A stretch of DNA of 64,000 nt from Alloascoidea hylecoeti (GCA_001600815.1 BCKZ01000014.1:496001-560000), one strand, 5' to 3'; positions 46,110 through 58,162 are shown, counted from the stretch's first letter. Translations and numbers: made by a program. The notes: a model not told the origin generated them from the sequence alone.

Positions 46110-47761
46110 ATGACAATCGGTATGTACTCCTAAGATTTGGTGTATTTCGTTCAATTATCACTAATTATAACTTGAATTGATATCTGTAGAAATTCCAGAA
46201 GTTTACTACAATAATGATAAGAACTCATTTGGCTGGACCACTGCTCGTTCGCGCTGGATCATCATTGTTCAACAAGCAGCTGATGATGTCAAAGCCACAA
46301 CAGCAAAAATACCATTCAGTGAAGATAATCTGGAAAAGTCTGCTGAAGGATATGCCATTTCAGATCTGCTGATTGGGCTGAAGAAAGCAATTGACAATGA
46401 TGAACCTATAGTGTAAGTTGATGCTGACTCATAATTAAGATTATGGTGGCTGATATTAATCCAGGTTTATAGCTCTTTTGATGAAGATGCCATTGAAAGT
46501 ACTACGGGATTAGAATATTTCAATAGAGAACTGGAAAATTTGGGACCAATGACCTGGAAAACTGCTCCTTGGTTGTTTTCAGAAGCTATATTGTACAGGT
46601 ATGTTATTAAACATGTATTTCAATGTTGATGATAACTTACTAATACTTCAATTCTTAGAATAATGCATTCTTATTTCACCCAATCCACGAATTGGAGAGA
46701 TTATGACGTCTTTGAAGCATTGAAAGAGAAGACATTTTTTTCTTCTTGTTTTGGAGTAACTGAATTGGCGACCAGATACAGAAAATTGGTTGGTCAATTA
46801 GAAAACATCGAGGAAAATGTTTTAGAGATTCTATTTGTAAGTCACATTGTACCCAATAATGTCATTTTACAATCTAATAATAATTTTCATTTAGAGAGAA
46901 TATGCCGATATTTCTTTGTGGGGAAACGCTACCGATCTTTCCTTATTAGCTAATGCCTCACTCGAAGATATTCAATCTCTTCAGGGTTCAGAAGCACGTA
47001 AGAAATCAGAAGATAATATTCTTGTTAATGATTTACATCAAGCTTGGAGTCATCTTTTTTCAATTTCTGAAAGTAAAAAATCAAAATCTGAAAAGGTTCA
47101 GGTTGATTACGTTTTGGATAATGCTGGATTTGAACTCTATGCTGATTTAAATATGGCTTTATTTTTACTTGATTCCAAGATTGTTGATACTGTGGTATTA
47201 CACTGTAAACCATATCCATGGATGGTTTCAGATGTTATGCCAAAAGATTTTGAACATTTACTCCGCGATTTAGAAAATGGTGAAGAGTATTTTGGTGGTA
47301 AATCAACCCACCCAGAAGATTTAAAATTTATTTCCAGTAGAATTTCGAAATATCATTCAGATGGCCATATTAAAATCACTTCAGACCCATTCTGGTGTTT
47401 ATATACTCCGTTTTGGGAAATCAATCCTAATGGTAAAGATGGTGGTGATAAAATTTATAAGGAATTACAAAAGAGTGATTTAGTTATATTTAAAGGGGAT
47501 TTAAATTATAGAAGACTTACAGCGGATGCTGTTTGGCCAAGAACTACATCTTTTCTTGACGCAATTGGTGAGTTAGCAAGTGGTGATATTCCCGTTTTAT
47601 CATTGAGAACTTGCAAAGCAGATGTTTTGGTGGGATTACCACAAGGGTTAGAAGAAGAATTGAATGAACAATGGCGCAATTCTGGGAACACTGAAACTAA
47701 TGGATGGGCATGGACTGGAAAATATGCAGTGATGTCTTTTTCAAAGGGTGATAAACATTGA
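46110..47761 (+). CDS. Damage-control phosphatase ARMT1/DUF89 (YMR027W-like), 5 exons: 46110-46119, 46190-46412, 46473-46598, 46659-46836, 46895-47761
   Basis: Four GT..AG introns restore SFGWTTARSRW, TWKTAPWLFSEAILYR, ISLWGNATDLS, VLDNAGFELYAD, PWMVSDV, IFKGDLNYRRL and LRTCKAD. Confidence 0.93.
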
Positions 47762-47835
47762 TATTTAAATAGATAGCGATAGATAGAAATGCATTATATT
47801 TATATGCAAGTGTTTTATTATGCTGTACTGCCCAG

Positions 47836-47842
47836 TTACCCG
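47836..47842 (+). promoter_or_regulatory. Reb1-type site upstream of TOA2
   Basis: TTACCCG about 65 bp upstream of the ATG at 47905. Confidence 0.5.
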
Positions 47843-47904
47843 ACCGTTCCGCCAATACTCATTGGCCACCTCTTTTCTTTCTACTCAACACCACTATAAA
47901 AGCA

Positions 47905-48294
47905 ATGAATCAGGCATACTACGAGTTGTACCAGCGAAGCACGTAAGTCTTATACAAACCTTTTAAGATATGCAGATGTCTGACTCTAATGATATACAGT
48001 ATTGGGACAAGTCTTACGGATGCTCTGGATAGTCTCATCACTGATGAGCGCATTCAACCCCAGTTAGCCATGAAAATTCTTAAAAACTTTGATAAAGTCG
48101 TCAGCGATGCCTTAAGAGAAAAAGTGCGGGCAAAGATGACTTTTAAAGGTCACCTTCATACTTATAGATTCTGTGATGATGTCTGGACATTCATTGTAAA
48201 GGATGTCGATTTTAAGTTAGATGGAGGTGAACTTGTGCGTGCTCATAAAGTGAAGATTGTTGCATGTAACTCTAGACGAGCTGGTGATGCCTGA
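47905..48294 (+). CDS. TOA2: TFIIA small (gamma) subunit, 2 exons: 47905-47942, 48000-48294
   Basis: [48 protein letters not shown]; intron 47943-47999 GTAAGT..CTAAT..CAG. Confidence 0.96.
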
Positions 48295-48975
48295 TCTTAT
48301 TTTATGTTCATAAAAAGAATTTATCAAGTTACTTAAACTTGCTTCTACTTTACACTCTACTTCCAAGTTTCAAGCTTTAGTTTCTTGTTAGATATCTTTA
48401 AAAATGTGTCTTAAATTGTAGTCATTTATATAATGATTAATAATAGTTTAATTGGATTTAACTATTATTCATGTTAGTTATAATTAATATTAGTAGTCAT
48501 ATATTCCAAGATTTATGTTTCTTATAATTTCATATCTAAATGTATCAATTATGGTTCTCTTGTGCAGTTTGATCGTTTAAAGGGTATATCTTATGCATAT
48601 CCCTATACTTTTAAACCATTTCTATGTTCAAACTCACTAAAATTAATGTGACAAATATATTGAATTTGAATAATTGGATAGCTTTCCTATTTTTTAGGAC
48701 TTCTGTCTCCCGATAGACACTGTCAGACAAACTGGAACTCCGTTCGATGCATCTGAAATTCACAACACGTGACATATAATCTTCATCCCCTTTTACTTTC
48801 GCGCCAAAACCACCGAGTGAGAATAAAAGCTCTGGTATAACTACTCTTGATTCGGTTTCTTAAGATCCACGGCTTATATATTTTGGATAACCGTGAAGAA
48901 GTTTCTGGGATTTTGAGATATCCAGGGCTTGATAATAATAACGGTAATAAAAATTTAATTGTTTGAAAAACATCA

Positions 48976-51900
48976 ATGTTACGTTTGGAAAGAAGTAACA
49001 AAATAACAGAAGTTATTGAACTAGTGGATAATAATGTTTTGGAACTTGATGACTACGAGTCGCCTGTCGAGATGGGTTATGAATCTCCCTCACCACCCCT
49101 TTCTTTCCCAAAGGTAAAAAGATCATCACCGGCTATTATAGATCTTGATAGTGTTAACGATACCCATTCTTTTAGAAATGTCATCAGTTTAGATTCTGAT
49201 GATGATGGTGATGACGTGGTTGTCGATGCTATACCTAATAAAAGACCCCCAAGGATTTGGAACCCTCAATTACATGAACCGGCAAATCATAATCCATCTT
49301 TTAACCAAACTACACCAACGCCGCCAAGTGTTCGTAAAAGTTCATCATGGAATTCGAAAAGTGTTCAAACACCTAGGCGTAATAATGATCAAAAATTAAG
49401 ATTACAATCAATAACAAGACCAATGTCATCATCACCACCCCAGCCAAAGTTAAATCAAACCAAAGCATCATATAATGAGTCCAATTTTGTATCATTAGAC
49501 TCATCCGACTTAGAAATAGATGAAATTGATGAAACTGATATTCTTCCTATTAATAAATCAACTATTTTGGTTAATGATGAAGAAGAAATTATTCCTTCTT
49601 CCTCGAAGCATAATGATAGTGATATTGATAAATCAACTCAACAAACAATTGAAAACATATCGTTATCAGTTGAAGGTAAGAATTATGATAATAATAATCT
49701 TCAACAATCAAAAAATAATTTATCAAGTCTCCCATCATTAAGAATTCCAATCCCCTCAAAATCTTCAACAACAGTAACGAAAACAAATAATGAAGTAACA
49801 AATGGTAGACCAGATAAAGATAAAAAGGATGCCCCAGTTGATTACTTATCATTATCTTCTTCTTCTAATAATAATAATAATAATAATAAATCAATTGAAA
49901 TGAATGATAAACTTTCAATTCCAAATGTAATGAGAACTGCACACGCCGGAGAAGTTAAGGAAACATCAAATAATGCATATAAAGAAAACTCCCCTATACA
50001 CACCGACCCCAGCTCATCAATGCCATCATCAATCAGTCAAAAAGATATAACTTTCTATTTACCATTAGAAATCTGTCTTGATTCAACTCCTCCAATTTTA
50101 AGCCGAGATGCTTCACCTACACAATCATTTTCAATTACAAACAATGACAAAACTAAACCAAAAGTAGAAAAACTGCTTTTAGAAGATCTCATCGAAAAAA
50201 TGTCCCAATCCACTGATGATGAGGAAGAAGAAAGTATTGATGAGCATGGTAATAAAGATAATGACACAGATTATGACAAGGATGATGAAAATACGGATAC
50301 GGATACAGATGTAGATACAGGTAGAGATGAAGATAAAGAGGTAAAGAAACAGGAATATAATGATACACATAAAAATGAGAGTATAAATGAAAGGAAGAAT
50401 GTAAATAGATATGAAAATCCTACGAGTATTAATCTTCCAACAGAAAAAAAAGATAATGATTTGCCTATACAATCAAGACGAGTTGGAGGTTTAGGATTTG
50501 GATTCACCGCTATTAATATCCAAACAGGAACCAGAAATTTTATAAGTAGTAGTTTGAACTCACAACCATTAATTAACACTAAAATTAATGATGATAAAAT
50601 ATCCCAAAAGAAGAAATCAATAGCTTCAAATGAAGGTAAAACTAAATATCAAGTGACAATAGAAGAAATAAATGATGAAACTAGTAACTTCGATTTTGAT
50701 TCGATTTATATTTCCCCACGAAAAATTCGAGATGGAACACAACTTGGAAATAATGATAATGAAAATGCTATACAATTAAAATTGGAGACTTCTATAGCTG
50801 ATGATATTAGTTTAAAAAATACTACAAAAATTAAAGAATTGGAAGACAAAGAAACAGAACCGACAATAACAAATCAATCAAATGATGAAAATGATAAAAT
50901 CAAGGATAAATTAGAAATGACTACTTTAGATTCTCATAAAGCTGAGGAAGAGAATGATGAAGTCCCGGAAGAGTTAGTTTCAAGTGAATTCATCAAAACC
51001 CATAACAATAAATCAGTATCTGCTGAAATTGGAACTATTTCTTCAAAACCTGATAATGATAAATCTGTACAACCTTTGAAACGATCATATTTCAACGTTG
51101 TTCTGACAAATGATAATAATGATAATCAAGACTCTTCACCTGAAAATAATAAGAAACAAAAAATCGAGAAGGAAAATAATGACAAATCAGATACTCAAGA
51201 TGCTTTAGTCATTTCATCACCAGAAGAGATTATAGAGGATAAAGAAACACGAATTCCATCAACTGTTATTGGAAGCGATGAAGAAGAAGATAATGAGACT
51301 AAAGATATATCAACGGAATCCAACACTTCAAGCGCTATATACGATACTGATGATTATAATCAAGAAATACCTTTAAATGTGACGAATCTGGAATTCTCTG
51401 AGAAGCCTGACGATTATGATGAGGTGGAAAATTTAGAGGATCATAACAATGATATTATGGAACCTTTTACTGAAATGTCTTCTTCTTATATCACATTGCC
51501 TGAAGCACCAACAAGTACACATGAAAACAGTTATAATACATCCGAAAAAATTGATCATGAGAAGGATGTTAATAATAATAATAAGAATGATAAAAATGAA
51601 GATGAAAACGAAGACGAAGATGAAAGTCAAGAAGAAGGTGGTGAAGAAGAAGATGAGGAAGAAGATCGACCAATGACGTTCAATATTTTAAAATCTGTTG
51701 ATGAACTTGATGTTAATCATGGATTTAATCCTTTACGATTAAAAAGGGATTTTGGCGAGGTTGGTGATGAAGATAACAATGAAACAACTAAATCTAATAA
51801 TTTTGAATATGAATCATCGAAAAAGTCAAAGACTGAAGAATTGGGGTTTAATGAAAACAATTCAAAGTATGAATTGAGAGATCCTTTTGTTTTCAATTTT

Positions 51901-52791
51901 TCAGAAGAAGAATCAGGTAGTTCAAGTAAGGGTTTAAATGATAGTAACGAAGATATTTACTTGTCACCAGAAAATGAATCAAATGAAGTTGAAGAGGAAG
52001 AACCCATCGAGTCTCCTTCATCGCCAATTCGACAAGATGACGAAGAAAATATCGGTAATATATTCAAATTCAACTTGTCAGAAACATCTGAATTATCAAG
52101 TGATTCGTCACAAATGAAAAATGGAGATCTCACTGATAATATGATTGATATGGTATCATCTAAAATTGAGAATGCTGTCAAAACTTTAGATGAGGATATA
52201 TCTGATAACAATGTAGAGGAATCAGTTAAATTAGAAAAGATACGGCCTAAAGTTGTATTCTCATTGAAGAGCAGGAGAAATATAAAACACAATCCTATTA
52301 AATCGCGATCACCCAGAGTAGATTTTTCTAAGAAATCAGGATTGCCCAGAATAAATTTTTCACCTATTGTTAAGCCTCAGGAAAACAAGAAGGTGGTGAA
52401 GAAATCCGAAATTGTCAAATCTTCGACTGCACGCACATTAACAAACAGGGGTTCACATCCTAAACCTATTTTAAAGAAGGTCAATAGTGGAAATCAACAG
52501 AGAAGAAAACGTGTATCTTTCAAGTATGGAAAGAGCTTATGTGACACGAAATACTTTTACAAACATAACATAATTTCACCAAAATTGGGAAATAAATTCA
52601 AGGATGGATGGCACACACCACAGATTCTCAACCTTAAAGATTTATCATGGGTTACATATGATATGAAATACATTATATCGAGCATTGCCATGAGCAGAGG
52701 TGGGCTTTTGAAAAATGAGAGTAAAGAAGAAAAGGCTGAAAATAAAAAACTTCTACAACAACACATAAAACCAAATCTATACAAAGCCTAA
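48976..52791 (+). CDS. Uncharacterised 1271-aa intrinsically disordered acidic protein with SIM-like and RVxF-like motifs
   Basis: Uninterrupted ORF rich in D/E/N/S; N-terminal VIELVD, IIDLDS, VISLDSDDD; C-terminal KPILKK..RRKRVSF. Confidence 0.8.
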   Translation: MLRLERSNKITEVIELVDNNVLELDDYESPVEMGYESPSPPLSFPKVKRSSPAIIDLDSVNDTHSFRNVISLDSDDDGDDVVVDAIPNKRPPRIWNPQLHEPANHNPSFNQTTPTPPSVRKSSSWNSKSVQTPRRNNDQKLRLQSITRPMSSSPPQPKLNQTKASYNESNFVSLDSSDLEIDEIDETDILPINKSTILVNDEEEIIPSSSKHNDSDIDKSTQQTIENISLSVEGKNYDNNNLQQSKNNLSSLPSLRIPIPSKSSTTVTKTNNEVTNGRPDKDKKDAPVDYLSLSSSSNNNNNNNKSIEMNDKLSIPNVMRTAHAGEVKETSNNAYKENSPIHTDPSSSMPSSISQKDITFYLPLEICLDSTPPILSRDASPTQSFSITNNDKTKPKVEKLLLEDLIEKMSQSTDDEEEESIDEHGNKDNDTDYDKDDENTDTDTDVDTGRDEDKEVKKQEYNDTHKNESINERKNVNRYENPTSINLPTEKKDNDLPIQSRRVGGLGFGFTAINIQTGTRNFISSSLNSQPLINTKINDDKISQKKKSIASNEGKTKYQVTIEEINDETSNFDFDSIYISPRKIRDGTQLGNNDNENAIQLKLETSIADDISLKNTTKIKELEDKETEPTITNQSNDENDKIKDKLEMTTLDSHKAEEENDEVPEELVSSEFIKTHNNKSVSAEIGTISSKPDNDKSVQPLKRSYFNVVLTNDNNDNQDSSPENNKKQKIEKENNDKSDTQDALVISSPEEIIEDKETRIPSTVIGSDEEEDNETKDISTESNTSSAIYDTDDYNQEIPLNVTNLEFSEKPDDYDEVENLEDHNNDIMEPFTEMSSSYITLPEAPTSTHENSYNTSEKIDHEKDVNNNNKNDKNEDENEDEDESQEEGGEEEDEEEDRPMTFNILKSVDELDVNHGFNPLRLKRDFGEVGDEDNNETTKSNNFEYESSKKSKTEELGFNENNSKYELRDPFVFNFSEEESGSSSKGLNDSNEDIYLSPENESNEVEEEEPIESPSSPIRQDDEENIGNIFKFNLSETSELSSDSSQMKNGDLTDNMIDMVSSKIENAVKTLDEDISDNNVEESVKLEKIRPKVVFSLKSRRNIKHNPIKSRSPRVDFSKKSGLPRINFSPIVKPQENKKVVKKSEIVKSSTARTLTNRGSHPKPILKKVNSGNQQRRKRVSFKYGKSLCDTKYFYKHNIISPKLGNKFKDGWHTPQILNLKDLSWVTYDMKYIISSIAMSRGGLLKNESKEEKAENKKLLQQHIKPNLYKA

Positions 52792-53154
52792 TAAATTGCT
52801 AAATTGATTTTAGTTTGTAAATTATACCCATACTTTTGTTTTTACGACTACACTTATTTTTTCCCCCGGCGCATTTTTTATATGAATATTTTTTTATTGT
52901 GTTTCTTATGATTTTTGAGCAATTAAATAATGATCATTAATATTACATTTAACCATATACTATACTATAAGGCCTTATACTGCTACTGTCTCTAAGAAAT
53001 TAGTTTACAACTTTGTGCATAGAAGCAATGAAAATTACCTCATACAAGTGAGAGCATGCATATGATTAATGCCACACTTCCTCATGAAGCAAGATGTATA
53101 GTTGCATGCATATTATTGGAGGCCAAAATTGCCCACTAGTTACTAAAACTCAGC

Positions 53155-53176
53155 TGAGTCACACGTGTGTTACCCG
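53155..53176 (+). promoter_or_regulatory. Clustered TGAGTCA (Gcn4/AP-1), CACGTG and TTACCCG (Reb1) motifs
   Basis: TGAGTCA 53155-53161, CACGTG 53162-53167, TTACCCG 53170-53176, about 200 bp upstream of the ATG at 53366. Confidence 0.55.
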
Positions 53177-53365
53177 CACTAAAATCCACCATACGATCTC
53201 TCAAAGTAGATTCCCAGAGCTTCAGCTTTTTTCAAGGACCTTCGGAACTGATGTATATGAATAGCTTTCGAGTATACTAATATTATACACCTATTTTTGT
53301 TTTGAATTTCATTGCTATTAATTTTTCTGTGTTATTAGTCATATTTTGAGTGTTCGGAACTGAAC

Positions 53366-56300
53366 ATGAACAGTGATAAAAAAACACATAAAGCTATTCA
53401 AGATGATAATGATTACATTCGAATTGTTGAAGATGACTGGGTATACTCTTTTATTGAATTACCGGAAGCTCTGAATAGGAAAAACATTGAAAAACTACAA
53501 CATTATGATAAGAAAGAAATTAATAAGACTGATATATTCGGAAAGACTCTTTTACATTTAGCATGCTTAATTGGAAATACAGATGTTGTCAAATCGGTCA
53601 TTAAGAATAGACATTCTAATTTAGAGCTATTGGATTATGAAAGTGGTTGGAATTGTTTGCATACTGCCTTGTTTAATGGAAATTTATCATGTGCAAAACT
53701 ATTAATAGAAAAGCAACCAAATCTTATTAAAGTAAAGGATAGAGAGGGACTAACACCTTTCGATTTATATAATAAAATCACAGGACTGGAGTCAAGATTA
53801 TGGTATCGTGAAGAAATCAGTGAAGTAGATCACAATGATATCAAATTAAGAAACAAATCCATGGAATTTTCAAATACTCGCCACAATAATAAACAATTCT
53901 CTGAGTGGTGGCAATATGAACGAGGTGGCTCATCATTATACATGTTTGGGTCTAATGCCAATCAAAACTTGGGATTTGCTGATCTCGATGATAGAGCACA
54001 TCCTGATAGAATGAAAATAAACAGGGCGGCTTATTTTGAAGAGGAACTCTCCAACGGTAATCATATACCACCTAGACAAATGTTCACGCCCATTAGAATT
54101 TCTGATGTGAAAATAGCAAAATTACACACTGTTATCTTAACTGCTGATCCAAGATGTAATATATTTGTTTGTGGAATAGGAAGTCGTGGTCGGTTAGGCC
54201 TTGGAGATTTATCAACTCAACTTTCTTTTAAGCCCGTGAAAACCTTTTCTCAACAACGCATTGTTTCTGTTGCCCTTGGCACAAACCATACAGTTGCAAT
54301 AACATCTGATGGTGATTGCTATACTTGGGGGTACAACAAATATAATCAATTAGGCTACGCAACCGAAAATGAAGTGAAGAAAGAACCTATTAATCCAACA
54401 CCTAGAAAGGTCTCAGGAGAATTGAAAAGATTAGCTGTCAAAGGCTGTGCTGCCTCGAAGATTCACACTGTGGTATTTACAAGTGAAGATCTTTTCATGT
54501 GGGGTCTTAATATTGGACAAATGGGGATTATTTCTACTATTGGGGAAGATAGTGTCGTTTATCATTCAGGTACACCAACCAAAGGACGGATTGAGGCTTT
54601 ACCGCATAAAATCTCAAACCTTCCTTGCCCCGTGGTCGAAGTTTCGTGTAATGACTTTTCAACAGTTTGTTTATTATCGAATGGAGAAGTATTTCTTTAT
54701 ACAAAATTTAGTCGAGCAAAAGTATCTTTTAACTTCATTTCAAATGAATCAAAACTTAAGAGCTTTGATAGATTTGAGCCGCGTATATTTTCAATTAAAC
54801 CTACAATCGTGAAGGTAGTTGCTAAAAACCCTACAACAATCTGCGCACTCAGTAGTCACGGTGAAGTTTATAATATTTCTGTTTCAACACCGATAATATC
54901 TAATGATATTCATCATGATGTAGGTTCCTATTCTAATTCCTATTCATCTTCTCCTCCAGTATCAATGTCATCTTCACAATTGTCAAAACTTGTTCACACA
55001 AGTATAATATGGAAAGCTAAGAATGATTTTTTAATCGCTGTTGATGTTGATATCGGAAGTGATGGGTCTATCATAATCTGTTCAAAAGATGGTGGAGTAT
55101 GGAGATCTAAAGCGAGAACAAATACTTCAACACCTAACGTTGCAATTATTGAAAGATATTATAAGGATTCCAAGTTTAGTCGTATTCCAAGGCTGAGTGG
55201 TATCGTTAAAGTTTGTTGTAATCCATCATTCTCTTCTTTTGCAGCAATTCGTGATAGCTCTGATATTCCACCACTTTTAGTTCCTCAAGATAGGTTATTA
55301 TACGATTTACACAAGTTGTCACCACTTAATTCTGTTTATTGGGAGGATAAAGTAGTTAAGAAGGCAATTACAAAATCTTATTATCTAGGTATTCCTTCAG
55401 AAATAAAAGACGAGGATGATGAACAAGACTTGTTTCTAAATGAAAATGAATCTATGTTTGATGATAAATTTTTGCAATGTTTATCGCTGACAAAAAATAC
55501 AAAATCAATGAAGGAACAAAAAAGAATTGAAAGCTCTAGTGGTACAAAATTTGAACATATTCCAGCATATGTGAATGATATGTTGCATCAAATTTCGAAG
55601 GAACCGAATCTAGGTATAAGCTATATTTCAAATGATAGTATTTTATTGGGTGATAATAACACACGACATTGTGATGTATGTATTAAGATTTCTCATGATA
55701 ATCAAGATCAGGAAATATGGGCACATCAAACGATCCTTGAAACAAGGTCAGAAACATTATTGAATCTTATAAGACTTAAAGTGGCACACGTTTCTGCTAA
55801 TGGAATAGATATTTCAAGTCATAAGAAGAGGAAAGGCAAAAATTCATATATTATTTTGAAATTTTCAGGAATAGATTTTAACTGTTTAATTCAAACGATT
55901 TATTTCATTTATACAGGATTATTTATACCTATTCCCAATTGCAAGAGTGGAAATCTTACGAGAGTTATGTTCTCTCATCTCGCTGATTTACTCAAATTAA
56001 GTGATTACAATCGTCCTATTGGACCACAGCATTTAATTTCATCTGAATTACGAAATTCTATTATATCACAAAAGCACAATTTTGATACCACAGACGTTTT
56101 AATAGAAGTAGAAAACGGAAAATATTCAATATCTTGTCACTCCGCAATATTATCTGTGCGATCAGAATATTTTAATGCCCTTTTTTCAAGCCGTTGGTAC
56201 TCAAAATTATTATCACGAAGAAACAAATTAGTCATTGATATAAACCATCTTGAATATAAACCTTTTGAAATTGCGATTGATTATATCTATGGTCATAAAT

Positions 56301-58162
56301 TATCTACTATATTTGATGATCTAGAATTTGATTCAGTAGAGAAGTTTTTATCGTTTGTTTTGGATATTATTGCCGTTTCCAACGAATTATTACTCGACGA
56401 ATTAAAAGCTGAATGCGAAATTGTATTAGCAGATTTCATTGACGCACGAAATGTGGGTTCTATATTGGTAGAAGCTGATGATTATTCTGCTTATAAATTA
56501 AAATCTGCTTGTCTCTTTTATATTTATAATAATGCAGAATACTTACTTTTGAATAATCTTTTGGATGGACTTGATGATCAGTTATTAGAAGATATTGATA
56601 ACAGAATGTATTGTTATCGAAAATTCAATCGATATTTTTGCAAAGATACATTAGAGACTTTTTTTGAAGAAATGCATTTAAAATCTAAAAAGAAACATCT
56701 TCTTCCGTTGTTTTTGCAAAGTTTGTCTGACTTTAACCTTGTTTTCAGCGATGTTAAATTAATACCCGGAACTCTTAAACATGCTAAAAACATTAATGAA
56801 AATCGAGTTAAACCCCCACAAAAGAAAGAAAGGAAGTCTTATGCTGAGCAATCACCAAAAGCTAATAATATCGCGAACAAGAATAGAAAATTGCAACACG
56901 ATGAAATATTTGATTTGGAATTAGAGGACGATGAAGAAAATTCAGTGACTTTTACCGAAAATGTTATTGAATCAAATGAATTTCAATTGGTCAACAGAAA
57001 TGATAAAAGAAGAAGATCAAGTGCGTTCACAAAGCAAACAGTTTCAAAGCCAATTTTTAGTAATGCTAACAATTCTAGTTCTTCAATCACTTCTTTTGCA
57101 TCTAATGTAGCAAAATCCAATATAAAACCACGATCGTCATTTTCAACTGAGCTCCCAACTAGATCACCATTGACTAGTAAAATCCCTTCTTCTAGTGTTC
57201 AAAATGGAGAGAAAGAACTCTGGCCTACTCTTTCCTTAAAAACTCCAACCAGACCTGTATCGCAAGCAAAAACACCACAATCAACTAGCAAAATATCATC
57301 CTCTGGAGCTCAACCCCAAGATAAACTCTGGCCTACTCTCCCCCAAAACACTCCAACTAAATCTACACCTGCTTCACAGGCTAGCACAGCACAGAACCTT
57401 TACAAAAAGAGTCATAACCCCGAAAAAATGGTAGAAGATATTGTATCTATTGGTATTCCAGTTCACATCGGATCAAGTAGAAAGATTTCTCAAAAGGAAA
57501 GAAGAAAATTAAGTGCTACTCCCACTGTGGAGAATCCCGTATTAGTACCCACACCTCCTACTCCAATTACTTCTCCTTGGAAATTGAAGGCTGAGTCTAA
57601 AATTTCTTCAGTTGAAACTACTAGTGCTTTCCCAAAATTTGAAACTAGCAATAAAAAGAAGCAGATTGAAGTAATTCCATCATTGGGAGAGGCTATCAGA
57701 GAGGAGGAACTGAAAATCCAACGCCGAGAGAGAGAGAAGGCAACAATGAAGGGCATTGAAGAAATTAGACAAGAAGAACAATTTGAAAAATGGTGGAGAG
57801 AAGAATCAGAACGTGTTCAAAGAGAAATGGGGATCATTAAGGATCCGTCAACACAAAATTCGAAGCGTAAAACCAACAAAAACAAAGCAAAAGGAAAAGA
57901 TAAAGATAAAGATAAAAGCTTTTCAAAGGATAAACTAAATGAAAAATTTCGAGGTAAAAAGAAAAATCATGAAAAGAATTCCAAAGAAAGTAATATTAAT
58001 GAGAATATTGATGAACCTTCTACTTCCAATAGACCATCGAACCGTAAGGATAAGACGAAACATAATAACAAGCGAACATCTTATGGTGAAAAACATTTAC
58101 AAAAAAATCGTACAAAATCCTATTCTGAAGACGGTAAACATAAACAGGTAATTGTAACATAG
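53366..58162 (+). CDS. Ankyrin-RCC1-BTB protein, IBTK/S. pombe Btb1 homologue (Cul3 adaptor)
   Basis: Ankyrin repeats (DIFGKTLLHLA, DYESGWNCLHTAL, DREGLTPFDL), RCC1 repeats (CGIGSRGRLGLGD, TWGYNKYNQLGY), two BTB-like regions (WAHQTILETRS, CHSAILSVRSEYF), C-terminal EQFEKWWREES. Confidence 0.9.
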   Translation: MNSDKKTHKAIQDDNDYIRIVEDDWVYSFIELPEALNRKNIEKLQHYDKKEINKTDIFGKTLLHLACLIGNTDVVKSVIKNRHSNLELLDYESGWNCLHTALFNGNLSCAKLLIEKQPNLIKVKDREGLTPFDLYNKITGLESRLWYREEISEVDHNDIKLRNKSMEFSNTRHNNKQFSEWWQYERGGSSLYMFGSNANQNLGFADLDDRAHPDRMKINRAAYFEEELSNGNHIPPRQMFTPIRISDVKIAKLHTVILTADPRCNIFVCGIGSRGRLGLGDLSTQLSFKPVKTFSQQRIVSVALGTNHTVAITSDGDCYTWGYNKYNQLGYATENEVKKEPINPTPRKVSGELKRLAVKGCAASKIHTVVFTSEDLFMWGLNIGQMGIISTIGEDSVVYHSGTPTKGRIEALPHKISNLPCPVVEVSCNDFSTVCLLSNGEVFLYTKFSRAKVSFNFISNESKLKSFDRFEPRIFSIKPTIVKVVAKNPTTICALSSHGEVYNISVSTPIISNDIHHDVGSYSNSYSSSPPVSMSSSQLSKLVHTSIIWKAKNDFLIAVDVDIGSDGSIIICSKDGGVWRSKARTNTSTPNVAIIERYYKDSKFSRIPRLSGIVKVCCNPSFSSFAAIRDSSDIPPLLVPQDRLLYDLHKLSPLNSVYWEDKVVKKAITKSYYLGIPSEIKDEDDEQDLFLNENESMFDDKFLQCLSLTKNTKSMKEQKRIESSSGTKFEHIPAYVNDMLHQISKEPNLGISYISNDSILLGDNNTRHCDVCIKISHDNQDQEIWAHQTILETRSETLLNLIRLKVAHVSANGIDISSHKKRKGKNSYIILKFSGIDFNCLIQTIYFIYTGLFIPIPNCKSGNLTRVMFSHLADLLKLSDYNRPIGPQHLISSELRNSIISQKHNFDTTDVLIEVENGKYSISCHSAILSVRSEYFNALFSSRWYSKLLSRRNKLVIDINHLEYKPFEIAIDYIYGHKLSTIFDDLEFDSVEKFLSFVLDIIAVSNELLLDELKAECEIVLADFIDARNVGSILVEADDYSAYKLKSACLFYIYNNAEYLLLNNLLDGLDDQLLEDIDNRMYCYRKFNRYFCKDTLETFFEEMHLKSKKKHLLPLFLQSLSDFNLVFSDVKLIPGTLKHAKNINENRVKPPQKKERKSYAEQSPKANNIANKNRKLQHDEIFDLELEDDEENSVTFTENVIESNEFQLVNRNDKRRRSSAFTKQTVSKPIFSNANNSSSSITSFASNVAKSNIKPRSSFSTELPTRSPLTSKIPSSSVQNGEKELWPTLSLKTPTRPVSQAKTPQSTSKISSSGAQPQDKLWPTLPQNTPTKSTPASQASTAQNLYKKSHNPEKMVEDIVSIGIPVHIGSSRKISQKERRKLSATPTVENPVLVPTPPTPITSPWKLKAESKISSVETTSAFPKFETSNKKKQIEVIPSLGEAIREEELKIQRREREKATMKGIEEIRQEEQFEKWWREESERVQREMGIIKDPSTQNSKRKTNKNKAKGKDKDKDKSFSKDKLNEKFRGKKKNHEKNSKESNINENIDEPSTSNRPSNRKDKTKHNNKRTSYGEKHLQKNRTKSYSEDGKHKQVIVT

